This document shows, piece by piece, positions 28,992-38,153 of a stretch of DNA of 60,512 bases. This DNA comes from an uncultured Candidatus Berkelbacteria bacterium. GTDB taxonomy: Bacteria; Patescibacteriota; UBA1384; 2-12-FULL-50-11. Within the stretch, counting starts at the first letter, position 1, and every line of letters begins with the position of its first letter. Under the pieces are notes generated by a model that ran no database searches, had not been told where the DNA came from, and was given only the letters and a program-made list of their open reading frames with translations. The position numbers and the translations under genes are program-made. The stretch lies in contig CAIMEH010000027.1 of the NCBI GenBank assembly GCA_903839975.1, forward strand, positions 1 to 60,512. The letters are read 5' to 3'.

Positions 28992-30164
28992 ATGACACTA
29001 AGTATGGACGACATCCTTAAGGGAACCCAGGAAGTTTTAACCAAAGAAGATCTGCAGAAGATGCTTGCTAGTGGCAAGCCGTTAAATGTAAAGCTTGGGG
29101 TTGACCCAACCTCGGCCGATCTTCATCTTGGCCACGCTGTGGTTCTGCGCAAGTTGAAACAATTCCAAGAAGCCGGACATCAAGTATATTTAGTTATCGG
29201 CGATTTCACCGCCAGTATCGGCGATCCAGCTGGAGTTAATAAAACACGGCCAGTTCTAACCGAATCGGAGATTCGTCACCATATGCAAACCTACGTCGAT
29301 CAAGCCGAAAAAATTTTGGATATGGAAAAAACTCATATTGTTTACAACTCTGAGTGGCTAAAAACTATGAACTTTAGCCAATTTCTTCAATATGCAATGC
29401 AAATTTCAGTCAATCAGTTAGTTGAACGTGAAGATTTTGGTAATCGGCTGAAAGAAAATCAGTCAGTTGGTCTACATGAGTTTATCTATCCAGTTGTCCA
29501 GGGAATTGACTCAGTATTTCTGAAAGCCGACATCGAAATCGGTGGCTTCGACCAACTCTTAAATATGTTAACCGGCCGCGACTTACAGCGAAAACTTGGG
29601 ATGCAACCACAGGTAGTTGTCTCAATGAAAGCTCTTATTGGTACCGACGGCGAGGTTAAAATGAGCAAGAGCAAGGGCAATTACATTGGCATTACAGAGA
29701 ACGCAAACCAGATGTTCGGCAAATTAATGCGCATTCCCGACAAACTTATCGACGAGTACGCCGACAGCCACGAGATTGATATGCGAGCGGCACCAAAAGA
29801 TCCACGAAACCGCAAGGCATATATGGCTAGGGCGATGGTAGAGATTTACAACGGCACCGGCGACGCCGACAAAGCTATGGAAGGTTTCGACCAAACATTT
29901 AAAAACAAAACTGTCAGCGAAGATCTGATTATTAAAGTTGGTTTTGACGATCGCGACCTAACCTTAATACAGGCCGTAACTCAGTCGGATAGTGTCTCGT
30001 CATCAGAAGCCCGCCGTCTTATCGAGCAGAATGCCATTAAAGTTGACGAAAAAGTAATGGAAAATCCGCTAGAAAAGATTCACCTCGGCCATAAAGGCGT
30101 CCGACTTCAGGTGGGCAAGCATCGCTTCTTTGAGCTACACTTTAAAGAAGATGCAGAAAAGTAG
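28992..30164 (+). CDS. tyrS: Tyrosine--tRNA ligase
   Basis: GVDPTSADLHLGH, KMSKS, C-terminal S4-like domain. Confidence 0.95.
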   Translation: MTLSMDDILKGTQEVLTKEDLQKMLASGKPLNVKLGVDPTSADLHLGHAVVLRKLKQFQEAGHQVYLVIGDFTASIGDPAGVNKTRPVLTESEIRHHMQTYVDQAEKILDMEKTHIVYNSEWLKTMNFSQFLQYAMQISVNQLVEREDFGNRLKENQSVGLHEFIYPVVQGIDSVFLKADIEIGGFDQLLNMLTGRDLQRKLGMQPQVVVSMKALIGTDGEVKMSKSKGNYIGITENANQMFGKLMRIPDKLIDEYADSHEIDMRAAPKDPRNRKAYMARAMVEIYNGTGDADKAMEGFDQTFKNKTVSEDLIIKVGFDDRDLTLIQAVTQSDSVSSSEARRLIEQNAIKVDEKVMENPLEKIHLGHKGVRLQVGKHRFFELHFKEDAEK

Positions 30165-30729
30165 GGCATTTACCTTGATTGAGTCGTTGACGGTAATTTC
30201 GATTATTGGAATTCTTACAGCCCTAACTATTTATGGTCTTGCTCAAATTAGGTCGCGAGCTAGGGACACCGAAAGAAAGTCGGATTTATTCGTAATTAGC
30301 CAAGGATTCGAGTCAAGGAAACTAGACAAAACATGTAACAATACTGGCCAATATTCGAACGTAAATATTGATGGCGTTAAAACAGCAATTTCTAATTGGG
30401 CCGATACACAACTATTAATTACCGCGAGTAACGAACTAAATTCTTGCTCAGGTTCTTTTGTATCAGCTTATTTATCCTCGATACCTAAAGATCCGTCACC
30501 AGGATATCTCTACTACTACAATCTGTCGCCGGATCTAACTCACTATAGGTTGGCAGCTAGCTTAGAGGTTGCAACAGACTCTGCGACGATAAGCGGTCAA
30601 ACCTGCCAGGTTCAAAGTGATATCTGGACTAAAGATCCTTACAAAGGTCAGTCATATTTTTGTAGCACAGATTCTGGCAGACAAATTCCACTAGGTAGTC
30701 GGCCGTACAATTATTACATTGGTCAGTAG
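30151..30729 (+). CDS. Type IV prepilin-like protein (orphan)
   Basis: SRA|FTLIESL signal, RDTERKSDL, IPKDP; start at ATG 30151. Confidence 0.85.
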   Translation: MQKSRAFTLIESLTVISIIGILTALTIYGLAQIRSRARDTERKSDLFVISQGFESRKLDKTCNNTGQYSNVNIDGVKTAISNWADTQLLITASNELNSCSGSFVSAYLSSIPKDPSPGYLYYYNLSPDLTHYRLAASLEVATDSATISGQTCQVQSDIWTKDPYKGQSYFCSTDSGRQIPLGSRPYNYYIGQ

Positions 30730-30794
30730 CCATTGGCAGCTGTTTCGTGGTTTGGTATTATGTAATTACATCAGTTACTCAGGAAAAATTTTGA

Positions 30795-32417
30795 ATGGTA
30801 AAAGGACAGTTACATCAAGTCGTTAGACAATCTTATTTGAAAGCGGTCGGATCAGAACCGCCGAAATTTGTGATAGAACCAGCCAAACATCGGATGTTCG
30901 GCGATTTCTCGACTAACATTGCAATGGTATCTTGCCAGGAAAGTGGCGAAAATGCGGTAATTTTCGCTCAAAAAATTGTTCAACAGCTCGAAGAAACGAA
31001 AGTTTTTCGCTCAGTTTCCGTAACTACACCAGGTTTTATTAATTTCACCGTCACCGACGAATATATTATCGAGTTTGTTCGCAACGTTATCGGATCGCCA
31101 GAAGCTTTTGGTCGCAGCGATTTAGGCAAAGAAATTCGTGTTTTAATCGAGTACGTTTCTGCTAACCCAACTGGGCCATTAACTTTGGCCAACGGTCGCG
31201 GCGCCTTCGTCGGCGAGTCAATTGCTAAAGTCTTGGAACTCTACGGTTGCACAGTTATGCGCGAGTTTTACGTCAATGACCAAGGCAGTCAGGTTCGCCA
31301 ACTTGGTCACACCTTATTGCATCCAGAAGATCCAGAGAAACAGTACGCCGGTAAATACATTGACGACTTGCGCAAACGCATTAAAGAAAAAGACGAGCAA
31401 GAAGCCGGCGAAAAAGCAGTGGTAATTATTATGGAAGAGATGATTAAGCCAACGTTGAAATCTATCGGTATTGAATTTCATCAGTATTTTTCCGAGAAAT
31501 CTTTGCATCAGACCGGTGTTTATAAAAAAGCTATGGACCTGCTTAAGCTCGGTGGCTATACCTACGAAGCCGATGGCGCTACCTGGGTTTCAACGACTCG
31601 TTTCGGCGACTCGGAAGATCGCGTTATCTTGCGCAGCGACGGCACGCCGTCTTATTTCGCTAACGACATCGCTTACCACAGCTACAAATTACAGCGCGGT
31701 TACCATCGTTTAATTAACGTGCTCGGTGCCGACCATTTCCAGTACACCCGCCAAATGAATATGATTGTCGAAGGCATTTTGCGCGATAAGTTTATGTGGG
31801 GCGGCAAGCTCGACTGGGTTGTGACTCAGATTGTCAGATTATTTGCCAACGGCGAAGAGATAAAGATGTCTAAACGTGCTGGTACCTATATTCCGCTCGA
31901 TGAAGTCTTGGAAGAGGTTGGGCCAGATGTGACAAGATTCTTATTCTTAAGTAAATCTGTGGACACTCACTTAGACTTTAATTTTGATATCGCTAAATCT
32001 AACTCTAGTCAGAATCCAGTTTTCTACATTCAGTACGCCTACGCCCGTATCTCCTCGATCTTCCGCCAGTTCTCTAAAGAGGACGACTTCGTTATCCCAG
32101 AAAAGATTATGATAACCAGCCCGATCGAACGTCAGCTATTACTTAGAATTATGCAGTTCCCAGATTTAGTGGAGGAGATCGCTGGCGATCTGCAAGTTCA
32201 CAAGCTCACGCATTACGCTACCGGTCTAGCAACCTGTTTACATTCGTTCTACGAGAATCTCCGTGTTCAAGGCGAAGCCCCAGAGATCGCCCAGTCACGT
32301 CTGGCGATTCTTAAGGCCACCAGTATTACGATTAAAAAAACTTTAGATTTGATTGGAATTACCGCTCCATCCCGGATGGTAAAAAACGACGAAAAAGCCC
32401 CTACAACGAACTCGTGA
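30795..32417 (+). CDS. argS: Arginine--tRNA ligase
   Basis: EYVSANPTGPL, GADH, KMSKRAG, YIQYAYARI. Confidence 0.95.
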   Translation: MVKGQLHQVVRQSYLKAVGSEPPKFVIEPAKHRMFGDFSTNIAMVSCQESGENAVIFAQKIVQQLEETKVFRSVSVTTPGFINFTVTDEYIIEFVRNVIGSPEAFGRSDLGKEIRVLIEYVSANPTGPLTLANGRGAFVGESIAKVLELYGCTVMREFYVNDQGSQVRQLGHTLLHPEDPEKQYAGKYIDDLRKRIKEKDEQEAGEKAVVIIMEEMIKPTLKSIGIEFHQYFSEKSLHQTGVYKKAMDLLKLGGYTYEADGATWVSTTRFGDSEDRVILRSDGTPSYFANDIAYHSYKLQRGYHRLINVLGADHFQYTRQMNMIVEGILRDKFMWGGKLDWVVTQIVRLFANGEEIKMSKRAGTYIPLDEVLEEVGPDVTRFLFLSKSVDTHLDFNFDIAKSNSSQNPVFYIQYAYARISSIFRQFSKEDDFVIPEKIMITSPIERQLLLRIMQFPDLVEEIAGDLQVHKLTHYATGLATCLHSFYENLRVQGEAPEIAQSRLAILKATSITIKKTLDLIGITAPSRMVKNDEKAPTTNS

Positions 32418-32424
32418 TCAACTA

Positions 32425-34302
32425 TTAAGGGAGTTGGTAGATATTTGTTCCAGCACAGATGTAGACAATGGCGCCGTCGCTAGTAATGTCGGTGATTGGG
32501 TCGTTAGTAACGAGGATTTTTGTCTGTTGCAAAGTGCCTTGAAGATTGAAGTACGAGATCTCGCGGCCGTCGGCGACGATAATTGCTGTGCTAGTAACAG
32601 TAACTTTTGCTTGTGGGCTGAAGGTTGTTTTGGCGTTCAAAATCTTATCAGCTTTGCCTTTTTGAGCCTGGGCGATTGAGGTTGGCGTAATTAAATTAAT
32701 CGTGCCGTTAACATCCCAGTCGACAAAACTTGTGCCAGTTCCAGCAGCAGAGGTGGCATAAGCGGCAGGCGTGCCGATAGCGTTGGTGAAACTAGTAATC
32801 TTACTAATTGCGCCGGTTGCTGGTTGCAATATATAAACATTAGCGCCGTATTTTTTTAGATATTTAATGCCAGTATTAAAGCCGGTTGGCAGCGGCATAG
32901 TAATTGGCTGAGCGACGGCGGTGCCATCGAAATGGAGAATATTGCCGTTTTTATCACTGACTAGAATATTAGTTTTAGACAGGGCAGCTATACTGACGGC
33001 ATTGGGAATTAGGGTAGTTTGGGTAGCTTTAGCAAGATTGGCGCCGGTGCCACTCCAAAGCTGACCGGTACTATCCAAAGTGAATAATGTCGCGTCTTTA
33101 GCGCTGAAGTCTACCAACGAAACAGGAGATGTGAAAGTGGAAGTGGCGGTAGATGTTGGAATAATCGTTAAACTTGCTTGGGTAGCTAGGACGCTGAGCT
33201 GACTTAGATCGGTGGTGGATAATTTCTGATAATTATCGGCGGTTAAATTTTGATTAAGTGAGCTAATAATCTCGGCGGCAGTCTTGCTGGAAAGATCGCT
33301 GACAAAACTATTATTGCTTGTAGCTGCTGTAGTAGGGGAAGAATGATGGCGCATCTTGAAACCAATAACAACTCCCACAACTACTACCAAACCGATTAGG
33401 CCGTATATAACTCGTTTGTCTCTTATGAGCGAACCAAAAAAGCCAAAATTAATTCTTTGTAAAACTTTGGCTGAGTTAGCTTTGTATTCGTTAATAACTG
33501 GCGAGTCGAAATCTGGTGTAATTTCAGGTTTGGGCACCGGTTTTTCTTCCGGTTTGGAGAATTTGAATTTTGGCATACTAAACTTTGGTACAGCGAATTT
33601 AGGCAGTGAAATAGGTGTGCGCGATTCCAATTCGTCTAAATTAATTGTAGTTGTAGTTGATTCGCCTTCGGAGAGCCTAACAATATTCCCGGTTAAATTA
33701 TTGCCGTTAGCTAAGGCAATCTGTTCCTTAACTAATGTTGTTAGCTGTTCTTCGTCGCAATTTTTTAGTTTGGCCGGGTCGATAGCGCGCAAAATTCCAG
33801 AAAGGTCTTTGTTGACGTAAAAGATCCAATCTTTTTTACTGAGGCCGCCGGAGGTGACTGTGGAAAATTCACTAAGGTCGTCGTCTTTGCTTCGGGGTGC
33901 AATATTGCTGAGCTTGCCGTCACGAAGTAGTAAAATTTTGGCCGAGCCGATGGTGGAAAAATAAACCTCGCTGCCGGCGTGAATCGATAGGATACACGAG
34001 ATTGGGGAATCAACTTTTTGGTTAGCGGCAAATAATTGTTTATTAAGGCTTTTTAAGGAGTCTTCGAAGCGAGTTAGAATCGACTGATGAGTACTGCGGC
34101 TAAAAAATCTAGCAAAATTTTGAGCCAGGGTGGCGCCGATCTCGCGAGCAGGGTGCCAACGGCTGATTATCTCAACAGTGGAGAAAAGGGTAATGGTCTG
34201 ACCGTTGTGCTCCAAATTTCCGGTCTGACTGGAAATGTATCGGTCTATTGGCCGCTCTTTTTGAGTGAGAACAATGTTTGTCAGACCAATTGGAGTGTCC
34301 AT
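32425..34302 (-). CDS. Hypothetical membrane protein (PP2C-like N-terminal fold, central TM, beta-rich C-terminus)
   Basis: YFSTIGSAKILLLRDGKL resembles PP2C-like strands; TM near aa 298-315; domain calls are inference. Confidence 0.65.
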   Translation of the reverse strand: MDTPIGLTNIVLTQKERPIDRYISSQTGNLEHNGQTITLFSTVEIISRWHPAREIGATLAQNFARFFSRSTHQSILTRFEDSLKSLNKQLFAANQKVDSPISCILSIHAGSEVYFSTIGSAKILLLRDGKLSNIAPRSKDDDLSEFSTVTSGGLSKKDWIFYVNKDLSGILRAIDPAKLKNCDEEQLTTLVKEQIALANGNNLTGNIVRLSEGESTTTTINLDELESRTPISLPKFAVPKFSMPKFKFSKPEEKPVPKPEITPDFDSPVINEYKANSAKVLQRINFGFFGSLIRDKRVIYGLIGLVVVVGVVIGFKMRHHSSPTTAATSNNSFVSDLSSKTAAEIISSLNQNLTADNYQKLSTTDLSQLSVLATQASLTIIPTSTATSTFTSPVSLVDFSAKDATLFTLDSTGQLWSGTGANLAKATQTTLIPNAVSIAALSKTNILVSDKNGNILHFDGTAVAQPITMPLPTGFNTGIKYLKKYGANVYILQPATGAISKITSFTNAIGTPAAYATSAAGTGTSFVDWDVNGTINLITPTSIAQAQKGKADKILNAKTTFSPQAKVTVTSTAIIVADGREISYFNLQGTLQQTKILVTNDPITDITSDGAIVYICAGTNIYQLP

Positions 34303-34354
34303 TTAGTACTTACAGTTAATTCATACCGTTTTCAGGAATCCAAAGCAAGAAGCT

Positions 34355-34430
34355 TGGTCGGGCTGACTGGATTTGAACCAGCGACCTCATGCACCCCATG
34401 CATGCGCGCTACCAACTGCGCTACAGCCCG
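34355..34430 (-). tRNA. tRNA-Pro(GGG)
   Basis: Full cloverleaf, anticodon loop ATGGGGT, encoded CCA. Confidence 0.95.
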
Positions 34431-34455
34431 ATGTAGAGTGCTTAGTCCTGCGCTA

Positions 34456-34536
34456 TCGCTCGGCGCTGCAAAATGCTAAATAAATTATGGCATTTTTCGC
34501 GCCTTCCGTTCGAACCTACGCTCGCTCGGTTCTCAT
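34456..34536 (-). repeat. Repeat family B copy 2, inserted in a tRNA 5' remnant
   Basis: ATGAGAACCGAGC...TTCGAACGGAAGGCGC...GCGCCGAGCGA between CAGGGTGTAGCTTAGTTG (34554-34537) and TAGCGC. Confidence 0.8.
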
Positions 34537-34557
34537 CAACTAAGCTACACCCTGCAT

Positions 34558-34775
34558 GCTTTGCAGGTCGAAGTAAAACTGAAGCCCAACTACTAACCTC
34601 AAAGTAAAGCGTCGCCCAGATTTTAACCGAACTTAGCTAACAAAAACGAGGCAGAGCGGGATCCTTTTGGAGCAACCACGGTTGCCCCAGATCTTAGAAT
34701 CGTGACGATTCTAAGCCCATCGGGTAGAACCCAAAAGTAAAGTTTGTGGTTCAGTTTTAAGTGACGCTGCAAAGC
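34558..34775 (-). ncRNA. Candidate 218-nt structured RNA (6S-like closing stem)
   Basis: Ends pair GCTTTGCAG/CTGCAAAGC and TAAAACTGAA/TTCAGTTTTA; internal hairpins; a G.U pair favours the minus strand. Confidence 0.5.
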
Positions 34776-34784
34776 TCTTAGATT

Positions 34785-35417
34785 TTAGCGGTTCAGTAAG
34801 AATAGTGCCAGTTGCTGGCTCCAGTTGGCGATAGGAGTAATTAAGAAAAAGAAAATTACTAACAATATCCCAAGCGAAACCATTGGATTCCCAGTAATGA
34901 CAAAGTAGGTTTCTTCCGGCAAAACCAGTCGCAATACTCTTGATCCGTCTAGTGGCGGCACCGGAATAAGATTAAAGAACATCAAGAAGATGTTTATGTA
35001 TATCGCAAAGTAGAAAGCCGAACCGAGAACACTGTCGATTGATAAGTGTGCAGATCGAACAATTACGGAAATAATAATTGCAAAGATTAGATTGCTCATC
35101 GGTCCGGCAATTGCGGCCTGAAAACCGTGCCAACGTGGGTTGGAGAAGTTGCGTTCATCGATTGGTACTGGTTTGCCCCAGCCAAAAACCGGCAATCCTA
35201 GACCTAAGGTATTTAAGAATATTAAGCATACTAATAATGTAGTGCCGATATTGTCCCAATGCTTGATTGGGTTTATGGTCATTCGGCCTTCGAGGCGGGC
35301 AGTTGGATCGCCAAACAAATTTGCTACCCAAGCGTGGGCGAACTCGTGAACCGAGAGGCTAAGCAAAACTACAGCGATAATTATTAGGGCTTCGATGATT
35401 GCGGACGCGATGTTCAT
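34785..35417 (-). CDS. Site-2 protease (peptidase M50)
   Basis: HEFAH, AGPMSN, NLIPVPPLDG. Confidence 0.93.
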   Translation of the reverse strand: MNIASAIIEALIIIAVVLLSLSVHEFAHAWVANLFGDPTARLEGRMTINPIKHWDNIGTTLLVCLIFLNTLGLGLPVFGWGKPVPIDERNFSNPRWHGFQAAIAGPMSNLIFAIIISVIVRSAHLSIDSVLGSAFYFAIYINIFLMFFNLIPVPPLDGSRVLRLVLPEETYFVITGNPMVSLGILLVIFFFLITPIANWSQQLALFLLNR

Positions 35418-35580
35418 GTTGAATATTGACCAGGTTTATTGTATTATTATACTACTTACGATCTAACGAAGTTAGAAGTGAGTGGTATAACCACGACTTA
35501 TACATTTATAACATATATAATAGCTAAGTTGTGTATTGATCTCACAGTAAGAAATATATAACTAAAAAGATAAATATTCC

Positions 35581-35757
35581 ATGAAAAGAAGCGAAATGTA
35601 CTGCCAGCTCTGCGGAAAAACTCCTCAGAAAGGCTATAACCGACCAAAATCATTACATGCCACCAAGCGGCTGATTTTACCGAATCTACAAAAATGGAAC
35701 GGTATTTATATCTGTAATCGTTGCCGCAAAACTTTGAAACTAAAAGCGGTTGCGTAA
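35581..35757 (+). CDS. rpmB: 50S ribosomal protein L28 (not in ORF track; start could be 35596)
   Basis: CQLCGKTPQKGYNRPKSLHATKRLILPNLQ...ICNRCRKTL. Confidence 0.9.
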   Translation: MKRSEMYCQLCGKTPQKGYNRPKSLHATKRLILPNLQKWNGIYICNRCRKTLKLKAVA

Positions 35758-35770
35758 ATAAAATTTAAAC

Positions 35771-35807
35771 AAAAGAAAAATCCGGACACCGTCCGGATTT
35801 TTCTTTT
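35771..35807. terminator. Bidirectional intrinsic terminator
   Basis: AAAAGAAAAATCCGGAC-ACC-GTCCGGATTTTTCTTTT between convergent genes. Confidence 0.88.
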
Positions 35808-35818
35808 AACTTATATTT

Positions 35819-36106
35819 TTACACGGCTTGTTTCTGGAGAAACTTCTCTTCGAAGCACTTTTTACAGAAGATTTCGGCTTCAGGATCGCTAGGTTTAAAC
35901 ATAGCTTCGCCGATTTGTTTGCAGTTTGAGCAGGTAATTTTGAAGTATTCGGCTTCGACTTTTTGGCGGTTGTTTTTGCGGCAGTCTTTGCAGCGGGTAG
36001 GTTTATTGTTAAAACCTTTCTTGGCGAAAAACTCTTGTTCGCCGGCGGCCCAAATAAACTCTTTGCCACAATCCTTACACACCAATGTCTTATCCTGAAA
36101 TTCCAT
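35819..36106 (-). CDS. Zinc-ribbon protein (zf-trcl plus CxxC-x17-CxxC type)
   Basis: MEFQDKTLVCKDCGKEF...EQEFF...PTRCKDCR; CSNC...CKKC; start at ATG 36106. Confidence 0.88.
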   Translation of the reverse strand: MEFQDKTLVCKDCGKEFIWAAGEQEFFAKKGFNNKPTRCKDCRKNNRQKVEAEYFKITCSNCKQIGEAMFKPSDPEAEIFCKKCFEEKFLQKQAV

Positions 36107-36176
36107 TAAAAATAGTGTACCAGTATTCACATATTCGCACAATTGCTGAGGTGTGATTTTCTTGTACAATGCCATC

Positions 36177-36797
36177 ATGCTGCAGTTTTTGCCTGGACGT
36201 TCGTATCTGTATTCAGCCGAAATTACTCCAAACGAGCTTCCGGATATAAAAGTCGACCAGATCGACCTGATTTCAGTAGATTTAGGCGAGATGGCGGTGA
36301 AAGATTTGCGCACACTCATTAGTACTGCTCAAGAGAAGCCGTTCGGCGAAAATCGCTTATTATGGCTGCGTAACGCGGTGGATTTAAGTGATGTTGTCCA
36401 AAATACCTTATTAAAAATTATCGAAGAGCCACCGGCCCAGCTAATTATTGTTGTTCAAGCCAGCTCGGCCGACGACTTGTTGCCGACGCTGCGTTCCAGA
36501 CTTCATTTTGTAAACTCAGCCACTGACGAAACAGTCTTCGAGGAAGTTTTTCCTGCATCAGTTTCTGAGCTCGATAAAACATTACGGGGGATAAAAGAGC
36601 GCGCAGAACTGGTAAAATTAATATCTATGGAGCTTTCATATTTAAAGAAAAAAATGCTCGAGCAGCCCTCTAAAGAGGTTAGTTCTAAGATTAGTTTGCT
36701 GCTAAAAACTATTACTAGATTAAAACAAAACTGTAACCAGAAATTGGCAATCGACTCACTCCTGTTGCACTGGTTCGAGGATTCAGGTAAAGCATAA
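36177..36797 (+). CDS. holB: DNA polymerase III delta-prime-like protein (short)
   Basis: QNTLLKIIEEPP and LLPTLRSRL clamp-loader motifs. Confidence 0.75.
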   Translation: MLQFLPGRSYLYSAEITPNELPDIKVDQIDLISVDLGEMAVKDLRTLISTAQEKPFGENRLLWLRNAVDLSDVVQNTLLKIIEEPPAQLIIVVQASSADDLLPTLRSRLHFVNSATDETVFEEVFPASVSELDKTLRGIKERAELVKLISMELSYLKKKMLEQPSKEVSSKISLLLKTITRLKQNCNQKLAIDSLLLHWFEDSGKA

Positions 36798-36800
36798 ATA

Positions 36801-37469
36801 ATGTGGACACAGATAATTTTCTTTGCGGCGGTGGCACTGGTAATAATATTGCTGCTTCGTCATGCGGCCACTTCCAAACAGGGAATAAGCGCAGTTAGCG
36901 AAGGCGCCAAGGGCGCAGTTTCGGGAATTGGAAAGTTTTTCGGTACTGTTCCAGGTATTTTAGGAAACCTATTACACTCAACTAGGAAATTTGCCCCCAA
37001 AATTCAGCTGCCAAAAAGAACTAATCGCGACCTTTCACCAACACATATTTCTACCGATGAGCGCACAAACCAAGAAGGTCACAAGTTTTGGCAAGAAGAG
37101 GCGATGAGCGAAAAACTTGATCTGAGTTCGCATTTCGAAGAAGGCGAAATATTGTATAAAGCTGGCAAGTTGGATGAGGCGGAGCAGTATTTCTTGAAAG
37201 CCGCTTCTAACAACCCAGGAGACTCTAAAATTTATGCCCGACTCGGGTTGTTGTATTTACAGACAAAAAGTTACTCGGACGCAATCGAATCGTTAAAGGT
37301 GGCGACGAAGCTGGACAAGTACAATCCAAGCCGCCATTACAACCTTTCGTTGGCCTACTGGGGCAATAAAGACATCCAAAAAGCTATCTCTAGTGTTCGT
37401 GAGGCTATAACTCTTGATCCTGTAACGCCGAAATACCGCCAACTGCTCGAGCAATTACTTAACGGCTAA
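36801..37469 (+). CDS. Membrane-anchored TPR protein
   Basis: N-terminal TM, three TPR-like repeats at C-terminus. Confidence 0.85.
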   Translation: MWTQIIFFAAVALVIILLLRHAATSKQGISAVSEGAKGAVSGIGKFFGTVPGILGNLLHSTRKFAPKIQLPKRTNRDLSPTHISTDERTNQEGHKFWQEEAMSEKLDLSSHFEEGEILYKAGKLDEAEQYFLKAASNNPGDSKIYARLGLLYLQTKSYSDAIESLKVATKLDKYNPSRHYNLSLAYWGNKDIQKAISSVREAITLDPVTPKYRQLLEQLLNG

Positions 37470-37477
37470 ATTATTTG

Positions 37478-37561
37478 TGCTGGGGGTAGGATTCGAACCT
37501 ACGAAGACACAAGGCCAGCAGATTTACAGTCTGCCCTCGTTGACCGCTTGAGTACCCCAGC
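37478..37561 (-). tRNA. tRNA-Tyr(GTA)
   Basis: Cloverleaf with long variable arm, loop CTGTAAA. Confidence 0.95.
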
Positions 37562-37574
37562 ATAATACGAACAG

Positions 37575-37646
37575 AGCCACCTGTCGGATTTGGACCGACG
37601 ACCTGCTGTTTACAAAACAGCTGCTCTACCACTGAGCTAAGGTGGC
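37575..37646 (-). tRNA. tRNA-Thr(TGT)
   Basis: Cloverleaf, loop TTTGTAA; T-loop TCCAAAT. Confidence 0.93.
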
Positions 37647-37772
37647 ACACGTTGGTCAAATACTCCGACCTAACTTTACTATTTTACCGCAATTCTGCCT
37701 TAAAAAGAAGAATCTGCTTTGCTTCTAGGGCCTTATAAATTACACTTATTTTTGTTAAAATTGTTCTGTTAT

Positions 37773-37844
<72 letters not shown>

Positions 37845-37892
37845 CAAGAATCGTAGACATAACAGAGAAAAGAAGCTAAAATATAAAAACAG

Positions 37893-38057
37893 ATGGCAAA
37901 GAAAACAGCGCGCGACCGCATCACAATGGAATGTAGTGTTTGCAAAGAGCGCAATTATTACTCAGAAAAGAACAAAACCAACACGCCAACGCGTTTAGAG
38001 TTGAACAGGTTTTGTAAACGTTGCCGAAAAGCCACTCCTCATAAAGAGACTAAATAA
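37893..38057 (+). CDS. rpmG: 50S ribosomal protein L33 (not in ORF track)
   Basis: [28 protein letters not shown]...[21 protein letters not shown]. Confidence 0.95.
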   Translation: MAKKTARDRITMECSVCKERNYYSEKNKTNTPTRLELNRFCKRCRKATPHKETK

Positions 38058-38075
38058 TTAATTATTACCAATAAT

Positions 38076-38101
38076 GAAAAGCGGCCAACTGGCCGCTTTT
38101 C
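38076..38101 (+). terminator. Intrinsic terminator after rpmG
   Basis: AAAAGCGGCC-AACT-GGCCGCTTTT. Confidence 0.8.
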
Positions 38102-38153
38102 TTGTCGACTGGTTAGGTAATAATTGGTAAACTATATGAGTTAGTTAACTTAT

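Noticed and set aside
37471-37659. 62-aa minus-strand ORF
   Set aside because: It is the tRNA-Thr/tRNA-Tyr pair read as codons
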